Positions 1 through 10,000 of a stretch of DNA of 64,000 nt are shown piece by piece. Where the stretch lies: the NCBI RefSeq assembly GCF_009914755.1, contig NC_060931.1. One strand, given 5' to 3'. The notes beneath the pieces were generated by a model, which saw only the letters and a program-made list of their open reading frames with translations, made no database searches and was not told the DNA's origin. How positions within the stretch are numbered: the stretch's first letter is position 1; each line of letters begins with the position of its first letter. Origin of the DNA: the human T2T-CHM13v2.0 reference genome, Homo sapiens. The translations under genes were made by a program, and so were the position numbers.

Positions 1-2198
1 TTGACTGAGGCTCTAGGAGGGGAGATGCTGGTCCTGAGCTGAGAGACCAGTGGGAGGGAGCTGTGTGGGGCTGTTAGTAGACCACAGAAGCTGCCCAAGT
101 AAGGGGCATTGGAGCATTGAGGCTTCTGAGTGCTGCTCAGTGGGGCCACTTGGCTTTTCAGAGCAGTGGGCCTTTTTTCTCAAAGGAAGATTAGCGTGGG
201 GGTGTCTGTGTACTTACCTGGTGGCCTCAGAAGGAGGACTTGTTTGGAGTCTATTACTCCATTCAGGGTGCAAAAAGATGGTTGGCAATGACACTGAGTT
301 ACCAGAATGCTGGGGAGCAACAGGCTGGGGTGGGCTGAGCGTGGGAAAGGCAGGATCCTCCTTCTGGGACGGCTGTTCTGCTATCACTCTGTCCTGAGCC
401 TGGGCCCTAGACCCTGAGTTCCCACTCTAGGTAGAAGGAGGATGGCAGGTTCTGGAGGGTTTGGGAAGCCTCAGGTTTCCCTTTCTTTACCCACTCCTCC
501 CCGCCCCCCACTTGGCTCCCTCTCCCAGCCCAGGTGTTTCTGCAGAAGTACCTCCTGGGGCCAAGAGCAACTCACAGCCAGACTGGGGGTAGAGCAGGGG
601 CCGAAGGTGAGGAAGAAGGGCCCATGGAACCACTCCGGAACCAGCACTGATGTGCATCTTCTGCCACAGGAAAGCAACAGCCCCCATCTACACAGACAGC
701 ATCTGCTCCCGCCCACCTCATCTCATACACATTCCCTTACACACTCCACCAGGTAGACACACATCCTCAGGCACTGCTGACGCAGGTGCTACTCCTGGCA
801 CTCAGGGGCTTTCTTCCACAACCTTCCACTTACTCATCTCTCAGGCACATTTGCCTCCTGCCTTAACACCCTCCCTTATGCTCTTTTCCAGAGCCACGCA
901 TGTCCCCCGTCAGTGCACAGAGTGGCTCATTCTAAGTGGCTGTCTGGCTAGACCTAGACACTGCCTGCATCTTAAAAGCCTCCCCCAGCTCCACAGCCTG
1001 GGAGTGGGAGGCACATTTGTCTGAGTCACAGTGCTCTGGGGGACATTCTCAGGGGCTGGAGGCCTCCAGGGACACAGGACTGTCCTCTGCTAGGTAATCT
1101 ACAAATTGGCTTCTCCAGCCAAGGAAGCAGGGACTAGAAGAGCCGGAGGACAGCCACCTCCTCACTGTCTGTCCTGGATGCCTCCATGAAGCCTGATGAT
1201 GGGATCCTTCTCAAGGCAGGAGGCCAGAGCACGAAGAGATCTCCAAGGTGGAGATTAAAGGATAGAGGCTTTGGCATTAAACTGAGCAAGGATTATACTG
1301 GAATTTCCTGGGCGTTTAACAGCTGTGGAACAGGATAGGGGACAGGGCCTGTGGTACTGACCCCTCCCACACTGACCTGTGTGGCTCACAGGTGTAAGGA
1401 CCAGCCCAGCAACCACACCAGACATAAAACCTCGAACCGCTTTGCCCTTGGGACTGTTCTGTCCCTGCTGGACTCTGCAGCCTGCTTTGTCTCACTAAAT
1501 TGTTCCTGTCTGGGCTCGGTTTGGGGCCATGCCCTTTACTATGTGTTCCCAGTGGACAGTCCCCTGGGTTCCCCTCTGTCCCTTCATAGCCTCATCCCTT
1601 TGCTTGACATCGTCGAAGAGAAGCATGCATGATGTCAGCAGCGGGACAGTTGGAACTTCTTGGGAGACAAGCTTAAAGACTAGCCAGAGATAACAATTAT
1701 TTTGGTTTTCTTGTTGGCATTACTTCACTCATTCATTCTCAGCTCCTACTGTATTTCCACCTCTACCTTCTTCTTATAGATGAACATTTCTTGATATTTT
1801 GAAACATAGAAGGAAAATGGCATGGGGAGTGAATAAAATGTAAACGTATGCTTATTTGTCTAGGTTTTACAAATATTTTTCTTTTTTGTTTAGATTTTAA
1901 TTATGAGATTTTACGTTAATTATAAAAATAAGGTATGCTTACTGTAACAAGAAAAATAATTGAATTATGTGTAAGACAAAATTAATGCCCCCACCTACAA
2001 TCCTTCATTTCTACCTCCCACAGTAACCCATTTTAATGGCCTAATATGTCTTCTGCCTACCTTCCTCCAAGCTTATTTGGCTTACATTATTTAATCTTTA
2101 AAAATTCACTTTGTGGATTGAGGTGCATAAACTATATTAAGTAAGCTTGATTTGCTCATGAAAATATCATATTTAGCATTTAATTGGAGCACGATTAA

Positions 2199-2536
<338 letters not shown>

Positions 2537-4871
2537 AAATATTTCATTTTTATAGCAACATAACTCGTAAGCTATGCTTTGTAACCTATGATTCTACAAA
2601 TCTTTACTTTTTGCCAGTTTCTGAAAACAAAACACAACCTTGATACCTAAGAAACAGTCTTATTTTTGTAAACCAAAGAGATGTAGCAGGCTTGTGGATC
2701 TATTGTCTCTACTGTATCAAAAAGATATTAAGTGATATATCTATAAAAGAAGCTGAGAACATATTATAAAGTCATAGACTGCAATTTTTGTTACCTAAAA
2801 CTTTGTCTAATCCGTCTCGTTTTCTCCACCATTGTTTTATGTTCACATTTCTGCTGCTTCTGGTTTTATATTTTTAAAACCTTATACACATCTGAAATGT
2901 GAATATTTTTCTAAAGGAGATAAGTTCTTTTGCACATTCTTGTGTTAGAGAATTTCTAAATACTGACCAGTTTGTAAGTCAGAGGAGAGAGGACTCTCAA
3001 GCAGGCTGTGAGAGAGGAGCAAGGGGCCTGGCTTTGCAGAGGCTGCTTCCCATCTCTGTGGCAGGAGAAATGTACTGGCCTGTCCCTGGGATGCTCTCCT
3101 GGACCAAATGCAGAAGATGCTCCATGCCCACAACCATTGAAGACACCTTTGAAAAATCAAGTTCTGAGTCCTGCTTACTTAGCATTCCAGGCATGTGGAG
3201 CAGCCGTGTTCTTGTCACTTATGTTTCTGCCTTTGAAATTGGCTTCAAAAGAATCTGCAGTGGTATGAATTTGCTGACAGCAATTTATTCCATATCTTAA
3301 TAAAGCTTCCTTTTTCTTTATTTGGATTCCTGCAACAGGGGTACACCCATATTCTTTTTATATATTAAAATTAAAAGTCTTGAATTTATCTGGTTTGTTT
3401 GATAAGTAAGAACTCACCTAACTTCCTAGTCTGACTCAGCAACAATTTTTTTTTTCTGAAAAAATGTATTTATAACCTTCAGTCATCTGGATCTGAATCT
3501 AAAAGAGGTCCTCATCAAACATTAGAAGTATCCTTCTGGGTACTTTAAGATCCTCAACCATTTCTTTTTAATGAATATCTTTGTTCTTAGTAAAATTTCA
3601 AAAAATTGCTGAAGTGGTCATCCACAGGCAGTGTCTCCATTTTCTTCTTTTCTTTATGCTGTTTCTTGATGGCAGAAGCTGAGTGGCCTTAACATCCATG
3701 TTTCATAATTGCTTTTGCTCTTTTCTGGATCTTCTGGAGGGAGGCCAGCTTCGTGTTGTCATTACGAGGCATGCTAAGGCTATGCAAGCACGCCCTATTG
3801 CAACCACAAGTGACTGTGTTCCTTGTAGTTCGGGTCATCAAAGCAAATATCTTGCTATTCATCTTCCAGAGTGTTCCATATTGGACAGCTGATACTATCT
3901 GCAGCGCATCTTTTCTATCTTGCTTGGCTGTCTTTCAAAATAATTCATTGAAATATTTCCAAAATATTTATTGTTCCTTCTTCATGATTATTTGCCTAGT
4001 TGTAAGCTTGAGAAGACACAGGGCTTACTGTTTCTTCTTTGTACAGATTACAGAATCCATCCATGTTCTGAGTGAAAGAAAGAGACTATTTTAAAGAATA
4101 ACTTCTAGGCAAATGGTAAAATAGCCTTCATTGTTTAAAAACCTGCTGCTGGCATTTTCTTTCCCTGATAACAGTATTTCTAAGGACTCCGTGACTCTGG
4201 TTTGCTTCAGTGTGTCAAGCACGTCTCCAAATTAAGCCATTGAGAGTTTGGAGGGGATGCACTTACAACATGAATTACTTTAGGATATTTATTAAACAGC
4301 CACTGGTGACGGTGCCAAGGTTACAGAATTTAATAGCTATGCCTGCTTTTTACTTCATGATCTCCCCGTTCCTCTCCAAAGCATTTATTTCATCTGTGAA
4401 GGATCCTAGTAACATTTCAGACATTTTTGCAAAGAACATTACTTAAGAGCAATTTGCCATATGGAAATGCTCCTTACTTGTCTCCATAGGCTGTAAATTG
4501 AACTCTCTATTTCACAAATAGGGTTAAAGATGTATAAAAGGTGAGTTTCAGGGGCTAGTTGGCAGGTGCCCACTCTACATCAGCCCACGCGTATGTAGAA
4601 ATGGTGTATTTCCATGATAACTTCATGGACAGCACAGCCCGCAGTGCCAGAAAAAAATTAGTAGGAATCAAATTATGATTTTCATATTTGTTGCAATTAA
4701 AGTTTCATAGTTTGATTTTTGTTTTATGATAGCTTTCAACAATCCCAAGGCCATATATATCCAGGAAAAACAAATCACAACTTCTCTTCTAATTGGCTTT
4801 TTTTTTGTTTTCCTCTCAGTTCTATGTCTTTTGAGCAATCTGGGCAACATGTCTCTTTTTTTTCTTCACAG

Positions 4872-5006
4872 AAATAAAGGGATTATAGTCCACCCAATTC
4901 ACAGACTTCTGAGACTCAGACACGAGGAGAGATAGAGAACCGCCAATCTCTAGATCAACAAGCAAAGGAGGTGCCAAGCCTGTTTGTCTTCATTGTGACA
5001 CTGGAG
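4872..5006 (+). other. EPHB6: Probable EPHB6 5' UTR exon
   Basis: Strong polypyrimidine tract ending ttcacag at 4871 and a donor GAG|gtagct at 5006/5007. Consistent with my recollection of the EPHB6 mRNA leader. Confidence 0.7.
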
Positions 5007-5755
5007 GTAGCTATTCCTTCTGTTCATTTGCTCGTGAGCTTAGTGGTGTACCTTCTGAAGGCACAGGAAGGTTTTATATAAGAGGTAGCTTACTACATAG
5101 TTCTGAGAAGCCATTATGAGGATATGAACACTGTTTTGATTAACTTTACTAAACAGTTATTATCCTATAGTTTTAAAGAAAATTTTAATCAATGATTTAG
5201 TTGAAAGAATACACATGCAAGAGTTTAAGAATGCAAAAATTTAAATGGATACAATTAATGAGAATACAATGAAAGTTAAGTCTCCCTTGCACTGGGTCTC
5301 AGTCCACTTCCTTTGCCTTTTTCACAGGTTTTGGATGCTCTTCCATAGATATCCTTCCATACATATGTATGTGTATATATCCTTCTTAACAAAGGGGAGC
5401 TTACTTTACACTGTTCTCCATTGTCCCACTTTCACTTGGAAATGCTTTTTATATCAGTGCATCAACAGTTGCCCGTATTTCTTTCTAAGGATGTACTATA
5501 ATTTTACTGTCTTCCAATTGATGGACAGTTAGTTTACAGCCTTTTCTCTTATAAACAATTTGCAATTAATGTCTTTGTTCAAACATCTGTGCAAACCCAT
5601 ACAAGTATACAGTACCTGAAGGACACATTCTTACAATGTAGTTGCTGGAAAGATATTACCCAATTGTCCTCCCAAGAGAATATTCCAATTTGGATTCAAG
5701 CAGAGTATGTACAAGAGAACCTATTTCCCATATCTTGTCCAACATGGTAAAAATG

Positions 5756-6129
5756 GTGTCTTAGGCAACTGTGGCTGCCATAACAAAGTGCAATAGACCT
5801 AGTAGCTTATACACAATAGAAATATCTTTCTCACAGTCTAGATGCTGGGAAGTCCAAGATCAGGGTGCCGGCATGGTCAGTTCCTGGCGAAGCCTCTCTT
5901 CTAGGTTTCAGACTGCCCTCTTCTTTGTTGTGTCCTCGAATGGCAGAAAAAGGGTGAGAAAGCCCTTTGGGGTCTCTTTCATCTGGGCACTAATCTCATG
6001 ATTAGTGAGGGCTCCACCCTCATGACCTAAAATTTCCTCCCAAAGGCCCCATCTTCTAATACCATCATCTTGGGAGTTAGGATTTCAACATATGAATGGA
6101 GGGGGGGCACAAATATTCCTTCTATAACA
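5756..6129 (-). mobile_element. MaLR solo LTR (MLT1A/MST-like)
   Basis: Typical motifs ggctgccataacaaa, ttctcacagt...gggaagtccaagatc, ccctcatgacctaa, ttaggatttcaacatatgaat, ending tataaca. Confidence 0.85.
5837..5953 (+). other. EPHB6: Probable EPHB6 5' UTR exon, exonised from an antisense MaLR LTR
   Basis: Acceptor tctttctcacag| and donor AGG|gtgaga. Lies wholly within the MLT1/MST-like LTR. Confidence 0.7.
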
Positions 6130-6575
6130 AATGGCCTGTTGCTGTAGTTTTAACCTGGTTTCCTTTCAATGTGAGCAAACAAGAAGCATCTTTTCATATG
6201 TTAAAGCCATAGGGTTATTCTTCTGTAAGCTCTAGGAAAACATGCACCCCTTGGGGCACGAGGATCTTTGTTCACAAAGTGTATGCCAGACCTCCATAGC
6301 TCTGCCCCCTCCCTGCACTGTCTCATTTATCAGACTGAATCTTCATGCCTGTGTTCTTTCTGTATTTATTCTGGTCCCTTCCCTCCCATCATACCCCACA
6401 GCCATCTTCCTGTGTCCCTCCCGCTTCACTGCTTCACTGCCCCTCTGAAATTTCTAGAGCATCCAGGTCCATCGGGGGTGGGGCGGTGTGGTGAGGATTC
6501 AATTCATGTGTCTGTAGGATGCAGCAGCTTCTTAACCAGCTGCCTTTAATGAAAATCTTCTAACTTCCAATACAG

Positions 6576-6653
6576 GGTGGCTGTTGGAGGAAGGGAGGAG
6601 AGTAAATGAAGAGAAAGAACTGGAATAACCCCTTGCAGAAAAAAAAAAAAAGG
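6576..6653 (+). other. EPHB6: Probable EPHB6 5' UTR exon containing an A13 tract
   Basis: Branch-like ttctaac, acceptor tacag| and strong donor AGG|gtaaga. The next exon begins at 6947 (ctcctcag|) and carries the start codon. Confidence 0.75.
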
Positions 6654-7047
6654 GTAAGATTGACCCAGAAACACCCTCTGCCCCACTTCTAGGAAGGAGA
6701 GCTGTGAGAAATGAACACAGAGACAGGGTCACACAGGGAGTAGGCACGAACACTCCAAGATGGTCAAATGTGCACCGGCTCAGGAGAGGCAGTATGCAAC
6801 CTGGCTTCTGTCCCATGGTGGGTGCTGGGGCGATTGGAGAGCTGTAGGAGGAGACACAGACACGGGGTCAGCTTTTGGAGCTTGGGCTGTATATGAAGAA
6901 ACACTTTCTTCCCACCTGCCTCTTCTGGTCTTGTGTGTCTCCTCAGGAAGCAAGCTTAGCTGTACACCCTGAGTCTTGCAAAAGCTGCAGCCCCACCCAG
7001 GAGCAGGGTGGTGGCTGGGGCGATGGTGGACGCCCTGAAGATGTCCC

Positions 7048-10000
7048 ATGGCTACTGAAGGGGCTGCCCAGTTAGGGAACAGAGTGGCGGGCATGGTGTG
7101 TAGCCTATGGGTGCTGCTCCTGGTGTCTTCAGTTCTGGCTCTGGAAGGTAAGAGGGAGGGGAGACAGGAGAACCCAGACCTGCCATAGAGACCCAGTGAA
7201 AGGGGGAAGTGGGAAAGATTTAGAAAAGGTAGATAAGAGTGAAGACATCAATAAAGGGAAAGGCATGGTGAGGATAATGAAGACCCACATCAGATTTGTC
7301 AGAGAAAGGACCCTGACGGACAGCTGTGCTCCTGCTGGCAAAGACATGGGCCCGGGTGGGGCATTCTTTTGTTCCCGGTGGGAATAGAGTAGGGGCTGGC
7401 AGTGCTGGCTGGAGGCTTGGCCACTGTGTGCCCCTCTTATTTCTGGGCAGAGGTATTGCTGGACACCACCGGAGAGACATCTGAGATTGGCTGGCTCACC
7501 TACCCACCAGGGGGGGTGAGTGCCACTCTAATTCTGAACCTGAATCCCTTGGCCCTGCCCCTCCCTGTTCCCTGGAGAGTGGAATTCATGAAGGAAACCC
7601 TGGGTGAGGATTATGGGAAAAGGATCCCTCCCTCTAGAGCACCAAGATTTCAAGGTATCCTCTATCTGCTTTGCTTGTCATTAATTTTAAGTCTCAGTGG
7701 AAGAGATATGTCCCCTTCCCTATAACCTCTACCTCGCCTTGCTTAAGCCCGGAGCCCCTAAAGCTTCTCCTGGCCCTTCCTGCAGTGGGACGAGGTGAGT
7801 GTTCTGGACGACCAGCGACGCCTGACTCGGACCTTTGAGGCATGTCATGTGGCAGGGGCCCCTCCAGGCACCGGGCAGGACAATTGGTTGCAGACACACT
7901 TTGTGGAGCGGCGCGGGGCCCAGAGGGCGCACATTCGACTCCACTTCTCTGTGCGGGCATGCTCCAGCCTGGGTGTGAGCGGCGGCACCTGCCGGGAGAC
8001 CTTCACCCTTTACTACCGTCAGGCTGAGGAGCCCGACAGCCCTGACAGCGTTTCCTCCTGGCACCTCAAACGCTGGACCAAGGTGGACACAATTGCAGCA
8101 GACGAGAGCTTTCCCTCCTCCTCCTCCTCCTCCTCCTCTTCTTCCTCTGCAGCGTGGGCTGTGGGACCCCACGGGGCTGGGCAGCGGGCTGGACTGCAAC
8201 TGAACGTCAAAGAGCGGAGCTTTGGGCCTCTCACCCAACGCGGCTTCTACGTGGCCTTCCAGGACACGGGGGCCTGCCTGGCCCTGGTCGCTGTCAGGCT
8301 CTTCTCCTACACCTGCCCTGCCGTGCTCCGATCCTTTGCTTCCTTTCCAGAGACGCAGGCCAGTGGGGCTGGGGGGGCCTCCCTGGTGGCAGCTGTGGGC
8401 ACCTGTGTGGCTCATGCAGAGCCAGAGGAGGATGGAGTAGGGGGCCAGGCAGGAGGCAGCCCCCCCAGGCTGCACTGCAACGGGGAGGGCAAGTGGATGG
8501 TAGCTGTCGGGGGCTGCCGCTGCCAGCCTGGATACCAACCAGCACGAGGAGACAAGGCCTGCCAAGGTGAGAGCCCACTCGTCTTGCACTTGCCCGACAC
8601 CTCCCACCCACCCCCAGCCTTTGGGCTCCTCTCTGAACACCCCAAAATTCATTTTATCTGCAAAAGGTCAGGAATAAGCCATCTTAGGAAAGGACCCTGA
8701 TTTTCCCTAATTTTATTTCTTAAAGCACTCAAACTTACTATCACCCACTCATCTGAAATTTCTGGAATCTTCTGGAGCCTTTCACAGCAATTGCCTTTTC
8801 CTAAGTCTTCAGGCCTGAGAAGCGATGGAGACCAAAAGGAGTTTAGCTCCAGCTCCAGGGTTACTATGGAATAGAGTCCTTTGGTTCCCATTCGCCCTTC
8901 TGTTGGGAGGGTCCCTGCCTCGCTGGGCCAGGTGACAGGGACGCAGGTAGAGGAAGGCAGTGGATGGCAGCTAGGGAGAATGACTGCAGCAGCAGGCCTC
9001 CGCAGAGGGAGCTTATGCAATAAGCTGGGAACACCCACATCTGGCACTGGGCCTGTCTGTAACCCCCACTGCACCTCACTTTCTCCATCCATGGAAATGC
9101 AATTCTGTCCCAGCAATTGGCAGAAGAAATCTCTGCCTGAGGGAAGAGAGGGTGGGGTTCAGTCTTGGAAGAAAAGGAGAACCAGCTCTGGGGAAGAGAA
9201 GGCTGCGAGGATACCTGCCTGCTGTGTGTTGGGAGCTCAGGGTGGGTGGACAGAGCGAGTGTGACGCCCCCACTCTCCTCTGCCTCCTCAGCCTGCCCAC
9301 GGGGGCTCTATAAGTCTTCTGCTGGGAATGCTCCCTGCTCACCATGCCCTGCCCGCAGTCACGCTCCCAACCCAGCAGCCCCCGTTTGCCCCTGCCTGGA
9401 GGGCTTCTACCGGGCCAGTTCCGACCCACCAGAGGCCCCCTGCACTGGTGAGTTCCTCACCCAGCCCTGCAATGGGAAAGAGACTTGGAGAGGGGCCAGA
9501 AGTGGGGGTAGCAGGCAACACTGGGGGCTCTTTGCATTTGGAGTGACTTGTTTTTCCCCTATTTTCTTGGCTTCCTCCCCTCCCTGTCCCCACCCCCTTC
9601 TCTCCCTGACCCATCCTTCCCTGGGCCCACATCCTGCCTCTCTGGGCTACCCCCACCCCACGCTCTTCTGTCTCCTTCCCTCTCGGCCACCCACCCTCCC
9701 CTGGCTCCTTCCTTCCTCAATCACCCCCACTGCTGCCCTCTTGGCCCTTGGACTGCCATATCCTCCGGCCCCCCAGGTCCTCCATCGGCTCCCCAGGAGC
9801 TTTGGTTTGAGGTGCAAGGCTCAGCACTCATGCTACACTGGCGCCTGCCTCGGGAGCTGGGGGGTCGAGGGGACCTGCTCTTCAATGTCGTGTGCAAGGA
9901 GTGTGAAGGCCGCCAGGAACCTGCCAGCGGTGGTGGGGGCACTTGTCACCGCTGCAGGGATGAGGTCCACTTCGACCCTCGCCAGAGAGGCCTGACTGAG

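Noticed and set aside
1392-1700. Possible extra EPHB6 5' exon after ctcacag at 1391
   Set aside because: An acceptor-like site without a convincing donor; cannot be supported from sequence alone.
7729-8652. 307-aa antisense ORF over the large EPHB6 exon
   Set aside because: Expected shadow of a GC-rich coding exon; no recognisable protein features.
8567-8700. Read-through of the donor at 8566 giving a ~44-aa tail
   Set aside because: The donor (AAG|gtgaga) is good and I see no clear canonical poly(A) signal nearby. An open stretch of this length is unremarkable.
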